DNA of 64,000 nucleotides from Deltaproteobacteria bacterium RIFCSPHIGHO2_02_FULL_43_33 (GTDB lineage: Bacteria; Desulfobacterota; GWC2-55-46; UBA9637): positions 455-64,454 of the forward strand of contig MGRL01000007.1 in NCBI GenBank assembly GCA_001798165.1, in the 5' to 3' direction. How positions within the stretch are numbered: the first letter of the stretch is position 1; the number at the start of each line of letters is the position of its first letter. The position numbers were made by a program, and so were the translations under genes. The notes beneath the pieces are model-generated. The model was not told where the DNA came from. It did not search any database and saw only the letters and a list, made by a program, of their open reading frames with translations. Of the stretch, positions 19,121 through 28,805 are shown piece by piece.

Positions 19121-19404
19121 GATAATGTCTTCCCGAGGGTTTAATCGGGAATCGGATTTGCTTCAAGTAGGAAAACATATCCGTCCCCGAATGTATCTAT
19201 CGGGGATAGAAGAGTTCGGGGATGACAGCAGTGGGACGCAAAATCTCCCCTGACCCCTCTTTATCAAAGAGGGGAAAAAGAAGAGGGACTTTGTCAAAGA
19301 GGGGGAAATAATCTCCTCCTTTGGAAAAGTGGGATGAAGGGGGATTTTGAGCCAATGATTCGGTGGGCGTTGCTCGCCCTGCAAACAAATAGGAGGGTAC
19401 TTAT

Positions 19405-22400
19405 ATGAGAAGGCTAACATATTTACTTACAATAGTAGTAATAATCGCAGTTCCGGGACTGCTCCATGCTGCTATGGAAAGCTATTGCAGCGCTCCGCCG
19501 TATATAACGCGCTCCATTGCGCCGAATATCATGATTCTCATGGATAACTCCAATGACATGTATAATCCTGCATATACGGGTACTTATTCAACATCTACAA
19601 CCTATACAGGTTATTTTAAACCAGGCGCATGTTATAAATATTCAACTAATAAATTTGTGGAAGAGCAGAACACTGGCAGTGTTCCCTCAACTTGCACCAC
19701 AGCCAACTGCTATACAAGCTATACATCTTCAGATACCTGCCCTTCAACAGCACCTTTTCGCGGCAATCTATTAAACTGGGCAACCATGTCGAAATATGAT
19801 GTGCTTCAAAAGGTCATTATAGGAGGTAATGCGACATCAAAACAGGGGAATGCGCATACGCTTATAAGCGCCAGCAATGACTGGGGGACTGATAAGGCAG
19901 GGGCAGGAGCAGATAGCGATGTGTATAGTAGCTGCGAATTCCTTGTCAGCGGAGGAACTGTTACTGTAAAAGATGTTACCGGCAGTAGCTGCACCTTACT
20001 AAATGCTACTCCTGTGCCCATAGCCTTTTGGCAGGATCCTGTTAAAAACCTTTTTGCATGGCTTTCCAATAGTTTTGATACGATTTATTCATCATTCTTC
20101 AATGGCGCAAGAGGGCTCTTTGCCTCGCTCTCCCATGCATGGGGCAAGATAGAACTTACTGCAAAGGCATGGGCAAGCCATACATTAGCCATTATCCCTG
20201 TGTCAGGCACTGCATGGACTGCAACCGTAGGTCAGCAATTCACGGTCAATCTTTCATGCAGCGGATCAGGGAGCGCCTGTCCGAACGGCACCTATGGCTG
20301 GACATTCACCGGCCTTCCGGCATGGATGTCGGTTACTAAGTCAACATCAGGACAGAGAATAGACATAACAGCCACTTTAAGCGGAACACCCACAGCCTCC
20401 GGCACGCACACTATTACAGCAGTGCTTTCTTTAACAGGTGGTCATACAAACAGCCCAACATATACCTATACTCTGACAGTATCTGCCGGAGCGCTTACCA
20501 TTACAACAGTGTCACTCCCTGCCGGCGGGGTAGACACAGCATATTCGCAAACCTTACAGGCGCTTGGAGGCGCGTCTCCTTATACATGGGATATAAGCGC
20601 CGGCAGCCTTCCTCCTGGTCTATCATTAAATGTGTCAACAGGCGAGATTTCAGGAACTCCAACAACAGTCGGGTCTTCTTCGTTTACAGCAAGGGTTACT
20701 GATAGCATTGGCTCAACAGCAACTAAGGCTCTTTCAATTACTGTTGCAGCAGCTTCATCTCTCAGGTCAACGACCTATAATGTGAAGGTAGAACTTGTTG
20801 AAGAAGATATGACTGACCTGAATGGCAATAACATCTGGGATACAGGTGAGACATATACTGATTTTAATGGCAATGGAAGCTGGGATGGCAAACAGGGGGT
20901 CTTCCAGAAGTTCTGGGATGAGAATAATCCAAGGGCGAGATGGGGTCTTACAAAATTCGGAACAGGCGGAACCGTTGAGATAGATTCCTGCATGCCTGCG
21001 TCGCCTGCGTCTTCATTCTATACCCGCATCCAGAATGCCCAGCCAACAGACGAATCGCCCCTTGCCAGAGGGCTTTATGGCATTATCAATTACTTTGGTT
21101 TTAGCAGCACATATTTTAGCGAATATGTCGCTAACCAATACAGCGGGTGCAGCAACAGCAACCCATTGGACAATACAGCATGCAGGAAGAACTTTGTCCT
21201 GGTTATATCCTCCGGCTCCAATGTTGGGCCGGCCGCCGGTTACAATTTTACCGGGACAAATTCTGAATGCACTGTAGATTATAGCAACAGCGCCGAGCCG
21301 CTTGTCAAGAACGCATGCTATGGCTATAAAAAAGACCTGAGAGATACTGCAACAGCGGATATTACTCATCCAGGCAAACAGAATCTTTACACCTATATCG
21401 TGGACACAGGTTCGGAGACAACCAATGATAACACCCTTAAAGATGCGGCACAGGCGGGCCACGGGAAGTATTATCCCGCGTCTTCTACCAGCGACATGGA
21501 AGCCCAGTTGACCCTTGCCCTCACCGACATCCTTGCCCAGGCCGCATCAGGAACAGCAGTCTCGGTTCTTACAACATCCTCAAGGGGCATTGGTTCTATG
21601 GTTCAGGCATACTTCCTGCCAACAAAGCTTGAAGGGACGCGTGAGGTTTGGTGGACAGGGTATACGCAGAATATATGGATAGACCCAAAGGATAATCTAA
21701 GGGAAGATACGACCAATGATTATAAGTTGAAGCTTGATTCATTGAACGACTCCACTGCTGACAAGGTAATTAAGCTCTACTTTGACAGCGCAGCCAACGA
21801 GACAAAGGTTGCGACATTTACAACAGACGCCAACGGAGAGAATGGGACACTGGCCTCGTGTTCAGCCCCGGAGTCTGCTATAAAGGCATTTGATGATGTG
21901 AACTATCTGTGGGAGGGGGGAAAGAAGCTTGCCCTGACGCGGCCTAATGCCAGAAAGCTGTTCACATCAACAAAGGTCTTAAAGACATCCGGGACAGCCT
22001 CCATTACCACCACAACCCAGGACTTTTCGTCTTCAACTGGTTCCTGCGGTTCTTCTAATCCTTTGACTGCTGTGAATTGCTTTACTGTTGCAAATATAGC
22101 CGGCAGCACTTCAAACTGTTCGAGTTTAACAGGCAATACCCAGACCATGTGCAACGCCCTCGACCACGATACCAGCGGTGATGCTGACAAGGCCTATGCA
22201 GCCAATGCCTCCAATATTGTGAGCTACGCGCTGGGCGAATGTCTGGAAACAGGGATAAGCGGCGATACTCCCTGTGGCACCACTGCTAATGGGACATACA
22301 GGGATAGGAGGCTGCCAGTAAGCGGTGGAGATTCAAACGGCAATGTATGGAAGTTAGGTGATATCATCAGTTCAACGCCAAAGGTTTTGGCTAATACGCC

Positions 22401-24087
22401 GGTAAATACCTATCATATAGACTATGGCGACAGCACCTATTATAACTATGTGACCAGTAATAGTTATAAACAACGTTCGTCTATAGCCTTTGTCGGCGCC
22501 AATGACGGTGTGCTCCATGCCTTCAGGGTGGGGTATTTAAAGGACACAGGACTTGACGCGGGTGTAAATGCCCTGTTTAAGAACTTCTACAGCTCAGCCG
22601 ATACAGAAAATAACCGACTCGGCGAAGAGGTGTGGGGTTATATACCATTTAATGCGTTTCCGTATCTCAGATATCTGGCAAGCACAGGGTATTGCCATAT
22701 CTATTTTAACGACCTTTCAGTAAGGCTTGTGGATGCGAGTATTGGCGGCAGTTCTGCCCTGCCCACAGACACGAGGGCTCAGGCTGACTGGAAAACCATC
22801 CTCATCGGCGGCATGAGGTTCGGCGGCGGATGTGCAGGTGGAACACCGGACAAACCCGCTACAGTGACGAATGTAGGTTATTCAGCCTATTATGCAATTG
22901 ACATCACAAACCCTGAAGACCCTGTGCCACTGTGGGAGTTCTCTGACGACGATATGGGTTATGCATCTACATTTCCCTCTGTTATAAGGACAGGGGAGAC
23001 CAATAAGAATGGCTACTGGTATGTTATATTCGGTTCTGGTTCAAAGCAGATGCCAAAGGCGAATACAGACATCTACCGGGGCACTACAAGCCCGCTCGCG
23101 GACCCTGGTTATATCTATATCCTTAATCTTAAAACAGGCGCACTTGAGAAAAAGATAGCCCTTGACCATAATGCCATTGTGGGAGATATCCTCGCGATAG
23201 ACAAAGAAAAGGATTATCATGCGGAGAAGGTTTATTTTGGCACAACCTATAAAGATAATACCGATGGCATATGGAAAGGAAAACTGGTAAACATAGCGAT
23301 ACCGAACCAGAATCTATCTGATTCATGGACGCCTGCAATTACCTACCATTTTTCAGGCAATTACCCCTTTACTGCGTCTCCTGATGCAGCCAGGGATACA
23401 GACGGCAATGTATGGGTATTTGCAGGTTCAGGCAAATACTATAGTGACGTGGATGACAGCGATGCCTCAGCTCAGATATTCTTGGGCATGAAAGACAGCT
23501 ACAGTGGTAAGACTACAACCAACATGGATGACAGGACGAATAGCGACACTACAGGCACGGTAACAGGGACAGCGCTGGTATGCGGTTATGATTCTGATAC
23601 AACTTCAGCTCAATATGGAACCTTTCACTTGCTGACCTATGTTACCTCTATTAGCGGGGCAGCCACAGTAACAACACCTACTGTTGGCTGGTATCTATTA
23701 TTTTCTGGCGGAGAACGCATTATTACGCGGCCTCTCGCGATAGGCGGACTTGTGGACTTTTTGACATATAAACCAAATGCCTCTGACCCCTGTTCATACG
23801 GTGGCAGCTCATATCTCTATGCAGTGGGCTATACCACAGGCGTTGCCCCAGCAAATGTGGCAATTATGGCGCCTGATGCAGTAACAAGCGGTGGAACAGT
23901 TAAGAAGGGCATCCTCCTCGGTCCGGGCGCTCCTCCCACAGGAGAGGCAATCATCATCCCGCCTCCAAAGGAAGGACAGGAGACATTGAAAAAGAAGATA
24001 CAGATAGCCACAGGCGTTATTGTGGAGGCTGAAAATCAGCCGGTAACATCCGTTATATCCAAAGTGGTTCACTGGCTGAAGAAGTAA
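19405..24087 (+). CDS. pilY1: PilY1/PilC-like type IV pilus tip adhesin. It has a signal peptide, a vWA-like region, tandem He_PIG/Ig-like domains and a C-terminal PilY1 beta-propeller-like domain.
   Basis: Signal peptide MRRLTYLLTIVVIIAVPGLLHAA. An Ig-like repeat reads TYTLTVSAGALTITTVSLPAGGVDTAYSQTLQALGGASPYTWDISAGSLPPGLSLNVSTGEISGTPT. A PilY1-like vWA C-terminus reads AQAGHGKYYPASSTSDMEAQLTLALTDIL. The C-terminal region has D-rich Ca-site-like loops (DTDGNVW, DDSD). The gene sits directly after the minor pilin genes. Confidence 0.75.
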   Translation: MRRLTYLLTIVVIIAVPGLLHAAMESYCSAPPYITRSIAPNIMILMDNSNDMYNPAYTGTYSTSTTYTGYFKPGACYKYSTNKFVEEQNTGSVPSTCTTANCYTSYTSSDTCPSTAPFRGNLLNWATMSKYDVLQKVIIGGNATSKQGNAHTLISASNDWGTDKAGAGADSDVYSSCEFLVSGGTVTVKDVTGSSCTLLNATPVPIAFWQDPVKNLFAWLSNSFDTIYSSFFNGARGLFASLSHAWGKIELTAKAWASHTLAIIPVSGTAWTATVGQQFTVNLSCSGSGSACPNGTYGWTFTGLPAWMSVTKSTSGQRIDITATLSGTPTASGTHTITAVLSLTGGHTNSPTYTYTLTVSAGALTITTVSLPAGGVDTAYSQTLQALGGASPYTWDISAGSLPPGLSLNVSTGEISGTPTTVGSSSFTARVTDSIGSTATKALSITVAAASSLRSTTYNVKVELVEEDMTDLNGNNIWDTGETYTDFNGNGSWDGKQGVFQKFWDENNPRARWGLTKFGTGGTVEIDSCMPASPASSFYTRIQNAQPTDESPLARGLYGIINYFGFSSTYFSEYVANQYSGCSNSNPLDNTACRKNFVLVISSGSNVGPAAGYNFTGTNSECTVDYSNSAEPLVKNACYGYKKDLRDTATADITHPGKQNLYTYIVDTGSETTNDNTLKDAAQAGHGKYYPASSTSDMEAQLTLALTDILAQAASGTAVSVLTTSSRGIGSMVQAYFLPTKLEGTREVWWTGYTQNIWIDPKDNLREDTTNDYKLKLDSLNDSTADKVIKLYFDSAANETKVATFTTDANGENGTLASCSAPESAIKAFDDVNYLWEGGKKLALTRPNARKLFTSTKVLKTSGTASITTTTQDFSSSTGSCGSSNPLTAVNCFTVANIAGSTSNCSSLTGNTQTMCNALDHDTSGDADKAYAANASNIVSYALGECLETGISGDTPCGTTANGTYRDRRLPVSGGDSNGNVWKLGDIISSTPKVLANTPVNTYHIDYGDSTYYNYVTSNSYKQRSSIAFVGANDGVLHAFRVGYLKDTGLDAGVNALFKNFYSSADTENNRLGEEVWGYIPFNAFPYLRYLASTGYCHIYFNDLSVRLVDASIGGSSALPTDTRAQADWKTILIGGMRFGGGCAGGTPDKPATVTNVGYSAYYAIDITNPEDPVPLWEFSDDDMGYASTFPSVIRTGETNKNGYWYVIFGSGSKQMPKANTDIYRGTTSPLADPGYIYILNLKTGALEKKIALDHNAIVGDILAIDKEKDYHAEKVYFGTTYKDNTDGIWKGKLVNIAIPNQNLSDSWTPAITYHFSGNYPFTASPDAARDTDGNVWVFAGSGKYYSDVDDSDASAQIFLGMKDSYSGKTTTNMDDRTNSDTTGTVTGTALVCGYDSDTTSAQYGTFHLLTYVTSISGAATVTTPTVGWYLLFSGGERIITRPLAIGGLVDFLTYKPNASDPCSYGGSSYLYAVGYTTGVAPANVAIMAPDAVTSGGTVKKGILLGPGAPPTGEAIIIPPPKEGQETLKKKIQIATGVIVEAENQPVTSVISKVVHWLKK

Positions 24088-24088
24088 A

Positions 24089-24210
24089 AGTAGACGGTAG
24101 AAGATAGACTTTTTAAAAGTAGACAGTAGATAGTAGATAGGGAAAAACAAAAGATTTTCTTTCTACCCTCTACCTTCTACCGTCTACTTTCTACTCTCCT
24201 ACTGTCTACC
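24089..24210. repeat. Palindromic heptamer element D after pilY1
   Basis: Runs from agtagacggtagaagatagact...agtagacagtagatagtagatagg through ctttctaccctctaccttctaccgtctactttctactctcctactgtctacc. Confidence 0.7.
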
Positions 24211-24320
24211 GTATTTTCCCCTTTCCTTTCCCATGCTTTTATGCTACCTATTCCCCTATACTACACCCTTCGATAGGCTTAGGGTGACAATGTCATGGTG
24301 AGTTTGTCTAACCATCTTCT

Positions 24321-25142
24321 ATGGCGGAAAAACCTAAAAGAACTCCTGCAGCAAAAAGACCGGACTCCCCCCGGGTTAAGAACAAGGATGGCACGATTAT
24401 CGCCCCTGCTCAGGACATCGCTGCTCCGTGGTATCTTCAGGGGCAAAATCTAATTCTTATCATTATCGGGGTCATACTTCTCTTTGTCCTTGCCATACAA
24501 TTGTTGGGAATTAAAGAGCAGAAAAGACAGGGAACCGCGCCGCAGGTTTCCAAACCTGTCCAACCAAAACCTGAGACAATTTCCAAGGAAACTCCAAAGG
24601 CCGATATAATTCCTAAAATCATCTCAATAAAATTGTCTCCTTCATCTCCTGTAAAAGGCGATACTATCAAGGCCGAGGTGTTGACGGACAGTGAAGGGAC
24701 AATGGTTGTTTATGAGTGGAGAAAAAACGGAGAGCTGCTGGATGCAGCCGGAGACGCCTTGTCGTCTGACTTTAAAAATGGCGATACCATATCCCTCACG
24801 GTTGTGCCGTCGGACTGGAAGCAGAAGGGGGCGCCTGTTACGGTTGTTACCCATATCTTTAATTCTGCGCCGGTGATAACTTCAACCATCAAGGATTCAA
24901 AATTCAGCAACAATGTTTTTGCCTACAAGGTAAAAGCGGAAGACCCGGATAACGACGCGCTTACTTACGCCCTTCTCGGTTATCCTGACGGTATGACCAT
25001 TGACCCAGCAACAGGCATCATAACATGGCCAGTCCCTGCAGGATTTAAAGGCAAGGCAAATGTTATGCTTTCGGTATCTGACGGCGCAGGGGGCGAGACA
25101 AATCAGGCCTTTAACCTTCAATTCAATCAAGAAGCAAAATGA
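24321..25142 (+). CDS. Hypothetical single-pass membrane protein with extracellular Ig-like (He_PIG-type) domains
   Basis: A basic N-terminus is followed by a TM helix (LILIIIGVILLFVLAIQLLGI). The C-terminus has YALLGYPDGMTIDPATGIITWPVPAG, an Ig-like motif. Confidence 0.45.
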   Translation: MAEKPKRTPAAKRPDSPRVKNKDGTIIAPAQDIAAPWYLQGQNLILIIIGVILLFVLAIQLLGIKEQKRQGTAPQVSKPVQPKPETISKETPKADIIPKIISIKLSPSSPVKGDTIKAEVLTDSEGTMVVYEWRKNGELLDAAGDALSSDFKNGDTISLTVVPSDWKQKGAPVTVVTHIFNSAPVITSTIKDSKFSNNVFAYKVKAEDPDNDALTYALLGYPDGMTIDPATGIITWPVPAGFKGKANVMLSVSDGAGGETNQAFNLQFNQEAK

Positions 25143-25287
25143 AAATTATACAGATTCCTTAAGAGCAGTTCTCTCTATAATCAAAATCCTCAACATTTAC
25201 TTTCAGAGTGAATATCAAATTTATATAACATGACTGACGTCATTTTATATCAATTTATATAAAATTATATTAAATTATAAAAAATGC

Positions 25288-25316
25288 TTGACAAATAAAT
25301 AAAAATAGAATAAAGT
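25288..25316 (+). promoter_or_regulatory. Sigma70-type promoter with TTGACA, a 17-bp spacer and TAAAGT, upstream of the MNT-HEPN pair
   Basis: TTGACA lies at 25288-25293 and TAAAGT at 25311-25316. The gene start is at 25349. Confidence 0.5.
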
Positions 25317-25348
25317 CGGCATGAATTTATCCGAATTGAGCTATAGGC

Positions 25349-25702
25349 ATGAAAAAGGATTACATAAAATACTGGAAGGAACATCAGCAAAGGCTTAAGA
25401 GGGAAGGCGCTGTCTTGTCTGAAAGGGCTATGGGTGATGCAAAGAAAATTGCCCATTTTCTCAGGGAAAATTACAGATGCGGCGATGTTTATATAGTAGG
25501 TTCTCTGCTTGATAAGGAAAGATTCTCTGTCGGCTCAGATATAGACCTGGTGGTAAAGGGACTGCCAAAGCAGAAATATTTTTCTATGCTTGCAGAGATA
25601 AGGGATATAACGCAGTTCTCTGTGGATGTGATACCGTATGAAGATGCGAATAAATTGATGAGAGAGACGGTTGAGCGGGAAGGGGTGCGTATCGCTGAAT
25701 GA
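25349..25702 (+). CDS. Nucleotidyltransferase (MNT-type, pol-beta superfamily) of a putative toxin-antitoxin pair
   Basis: GDVYIVGSLLDKERFSVGSDIDLVV matches the GS...D.D motif. The 4-nt ATGA overlap with the next gene suggests translational coupling. Confidence 0.7.
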   Translation: MKKDYIKYWKEHQQRLKREGAVLSERAMGDAKKIAHFLRENYRCGDVYIVGSLLDKERFSVGSDIDLVVKGLPKQKYFSMLAEIRDITQFSVDVIPYEDANKLMRETVEREGVRIAE

Positions 25703-26184
25703 CCGATAAATTTTTGCAAAAGATATACAGGGTTATATCTGAAATCAAGGAGGAGCTTGAAAAGATAGACGCATTGGTTCTGGAACTTGACAATCATCAC
25801 AGCGCAAGGCCTGAAAATAATTTTTATCTTAGAGCCGTTGCCTCTATACTTCATGATTTTTACTGCGGCGCTGAAAGGATATTTATAAGAATAGCCGAGG
25901 AATTAAACGGTGGGATACCGGAAGGGGAAAACTGGCACATTCAATTATTGAAGGATATGGGGCTTGAGATAGAAAAAGTCAGACCGTCTGTAATATCTCA
26001 TGATGTCAGTAAAAGATTAAGAGAGTATCTGGAATTCCGCCACAGATTTAGAAATATATATGGTTTTGAACTGGAATGGGAAAAGATGAAAGGGTTAAGG
26101 GAGAGGCTGCCTGTTGTTGTAGAGGAGTTTAAAAAAGAGATGAAACAGTTCTTAAAATTCATGCAAGGGATATCAAAGGCATAG
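25699..26184 (+). CDS. Putative HEPN-like partner of the nucleotidyltransferase
   Basis: 161 aa, alpha-helical, and translationally coupled to the MNT gene. Weak HEPN-like features include ...EFRHRFRNIYGF. Confidence 0.4.
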   Translation: MTDKFLQKIYRVISEIKEELEKIDALVLELDNHHSARPENNFYLRAVASILHDFYCGAERIFIRIAEELNGGIPEGENWHIQLLKDMGLEIEKVRPSVISHDVSKRLREYLEFRHRFRNIYGFELEWEKMKGLRERLPVVVEEFKKEMKQFLKFMQGISKA

Positions 26185-26193
26185 GTTATATTT

Positions 26194-26397
26194 ATGACAA
26201 AGCATGTCAATAACCTGCGAAAGATTAGAGAAGAACTCCTTATAAGCAAGGCAGAACTTGCCAGAAAGGCAGGCATCTCTTCTCTTACCATAGACAGGGT
26301 TGAGAACGGCTATAGTTGCAGGGTTGACACAAAGCGGAAGATTATTCAGGCGCTGGGGCTCAAGCTTTCTGAAAAAGATAAGGTATTTAAAGGGTGA
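26194..26397 (+). CDS. XRE-family helix-turn-helix transcriptional regulator
   Basis: ISKAELARKAGISSLTIDRVENG matches HTH_3. Confidence 0.65.
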   Translation: MTKHVNNLRKIREELLISKAELARKAGISSLTIDRVENGYSCRVDTKRKIIQALGLKLSEKDKVFKG

Positions 26398-26561
26398 TAT
26401 TGGTCACGGATAAAGACAGGCAATAGGCTATAGGAAATCTGATATTTTACAAGATTGTAATTGAAGATTAGAAATTGCAAATTATAACAGGTATGAGGCA
26501 TGAGGCTTAAAGTTTTTACCTCTAACCTCCAACGGTTTTCAATCAACGGAGCAAAGCGACA

Positions 26562-27626
26562 ATGGAATTGCCTTTCTTTAAAAAAACTGATGTAGTTGCC
26601 TTGGACATTGGTTCAAACTCGGTAAAGATTATTCAACTTGCCCCTGCAAAAAAGGGGTGGAAGCTGGTTAAGCTGGGGATGAGCCAGCTTCCGCCGGAGG
26701 CCATTGTTGACGGGTCTATTATAGACTCTATGACTGTTATCAATGCTGTAAAAGAGCTTATTGCCCAGCAGGATATAAAGGTTAAAAACACTGTTTCTGC
26801 CCTTACCGGCCATTCTGTTATCATTAAAAAAGTCAACCTTCCTGTTATGAGCGAGGCGGAACTTGCAGAGTCCATTCAGTGGGAGGCGGAACAATACATC
26901 CCATTTCCCATAACTGATGTAAATATAGATTTCCAGATACTTGGGGCAGATACTGAAGGCAGGGGGCAGATGGAGGTAATGCTGGTTGCCGTGAAGAAGG
27001 ATGTCATCAATGATTATACCAATGTGATAAAAGAGGCAGGTATGATTCCTGTGATTGTAGATGTAGACTCCTTTGCCCTGGAAAATATGTTTGAAGTAAA
27101 TTATCCTGTTACACCCAATGAGAATATAGCAATTATCAATATAGGGGCAACGATTACGAGCATTAATGTCCTGCGCAGCGGCATCACCATATTTACCAGG
27201 GCGATTCCATTGGGCGGAAATCAATTTACCGAGGAGATGCAAAAGACGTTGGGCATAAGCTTTAAAGATGCGGAGACCTTAAAACTTGGCGGAGAGGTGA
27301 GCGGGGTGGATGCCGGCGGCGTTCCTGAGGTAATTGAACGTGTTGCAGGCAATGTCGCCCTTGAGGTCAAGAGGAGTATAGATTTTTTTGTGGGCGGCGC
27401 TCCGGGGATGTTTGTCAGCAAGATATATCTGAGCGGCGGCTGCGCAAAGGCTAAAGGACTGCCGGCCATTATTCAGGAGAGGGCTGCAATACCTGTTGAG
27501 GTTGTCAATCCTTTTGCGAATATAGAATGCAATCCAAAAAAATTTGCTCCGGATTATATCAAGGATAGTGCGTCTTATTTTGGCGTTGGCGTCGGCCTTG
27601 CTGTCAGAAAGGTTGGAGATAAATGA
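26562..27626 (+). CDS. pilM: Type IV pilus assembly protein PilM (actin-like ATPase)
   Basis: VVALDIGSNSVKIIQL...LGGNQFTEE matches the PilM family. It is followed by pilNOPQ. Confidence 0.9.
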   Translation: MELPFFKKTDVVALDIGSNSVKIIQLAPAKKGWKLVKLGMSQLPPEAIVDGSIIDSMTVINAVKELIAQQDIKVKNTVSALTGHSVIIKKVNLPVMSEAELAESIQWEAEQYIPFPITDVNIDFQILGADTEGRGQMEVMLVAVKKDVINDYTNVIKEAGMIPVIVDVDSFALENMFEVNYPVTPNENIAIINIGATITSINVLRSGITIFTRAIPLGGNQFTEEMQKTLGISFKDAETLKLGGEVSGVDAGGVPEVIERVAGNVALEVKRSIDFFVGGAPGMFVSKIYLSGGCAKAKGLPAIIQERAAIPVEVVNPFANIECNPKKFAPDYIKDSASYFGVGVGLAVRKVGDK

Positions 27627-28198
27627 TAAGGATAAACCTCTTACCAATTAGGGCAGCCAAGAAAAAGGAATCCGTAAGACAGCAGGCTTCTATAGCAGGG
27701 TTGAGTATTGTCTTGCTTGTTATAATTCTTGGGATATTTTATTTTTCTATTACTAAAACAATAAATGAACTTAGGGAATCCATAAGTAATGAGGAAAAAG
27801 AAAGCTCAAGGCTTGATAAGGTGATTGGAGAATTAAAGAATGTTGAGGCTGAGAAAAAAGTAGTCTTAGAAAAGTTGAATATCGTTAAGCAGCTTGAGGT
27901 GAATAGGAGGACTCATTTAAAGATATTATCTGATATTGCCGGCGCTGTTCCAGAGAAGGTATGGATTGAAACCTTGAAAGATTCAGGCCAGACCGTGGTT
28001 ATAACAGGTTTTGCAGCAGCCGATGACATTGTTGCAGATTTTATGAAGGCGCTTGAAAAAACTTTGGTATCATGGAAAATTGAACTTGAGGTTGTTCAAC
28101 AGGCGGAAAAAGAAAAGATAAAGCTGGCAGGTTTTACTATAAGGCTTGAGAAGCCAAAAGAGACGCCGCCTCAGCCTTTAACTAAACCCAAGGTATAG
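27623..28198 (+). CDS. pilN: Type IV pilus assembly protein PilN
   Basis: MIRINLLPIRAAKKK followed by a TM helix. Overlaps pilM by 4 nt. Confidence 0.85.
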   Translation: MIRINLLPIRAAKKKESVRQQASIAGLSIVLLVIILGIFYFSITKTINELRESISNEEKESSRLDKVIGELKNVEAEKKVVLEKLNIVKQLEVNRRTHLKILSDIAGAVPEKVWIETLKDSGQTVVITGFAAADDIVADFMKALEKTLVSWKIELEVVQQAEKEKIKLAGFTIRLEKPKETPPQPLTKPKV

Positions 28199-28201
28199 AG
28201 A

Positions 28202-28801
28202 ATGAGTCCTTTACCGAAAATAGATGCAAATATAATACTGAAACTGCCCCTCTGGCAGAGGTTTTTGATATTGGTGGTTACCTGGTTTATTCTGGCAGGC
28301 GCTTTTTATTGGTTAATATATGGCGCAAAATTGACTGAAAGCAAGACGTTAAACACAAAGCTAACAGGGATTAAAGAAGATGTCGCTAAAAAACAAAAGA
28401 TAGCCGATGAGCTGCCGAAGTTTAAAAAAGAGATGGAAGAACTAAACAATCAGCTTAAGGAGGCCCTTGCAGCGCTGCCAAATGAAAAGGAGATTGCCAA
28501 TCTTCTTGAGAGTATCTCTGACGCAGCAAAGACTGCAAGATTAGATGTGTTGACCTTTAAGCCAGGCAAGGAGACGCCGAAGGGATTCTATGCTGAGTTG
28601 ACAATTGATATGAAGGTAGAGGGCGGATATGGCAGTATAATTTCATTTTTTGAAAAGGTTGCAGGTCTGCCGAGAATAGTCAATATAAATGCATTGAACA
28701 TAAGCAGCGGCAAAGAGGCGCGAGGTGATATTATGCTGAGCGCCACATTTTTAGCGACAACATTCAAGTTTTTACCGCAACCGGCAGAGGCGAAGAAATA
28801 G
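28202..28801 (+). CDS. pilO: Type IV pilus assembly protein PilO
   Basis: TM helix followed by a coiled coil and the PilO C-terminal domain. Position in the operon supports the call. Confidence 0.8.
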   Translation: MSPLPKIDANIILKLPLWQRFLILVVTWFILAGAFYWLIYGAKLTESKTLNTKLTGIKEDVAKKQKIADELPKFKKEMEELNNQLKEALAALPNEKEIANLLESISDAAKTARLDVLTFKPGKETPKGFYAELTIDMKVEGGYGSIISFFEKVAGLPRIVNINALNISSGKEARGDIMLSATFLATTFKFLPQPAEAKK

Positions 28802-28805
28802 ATAT

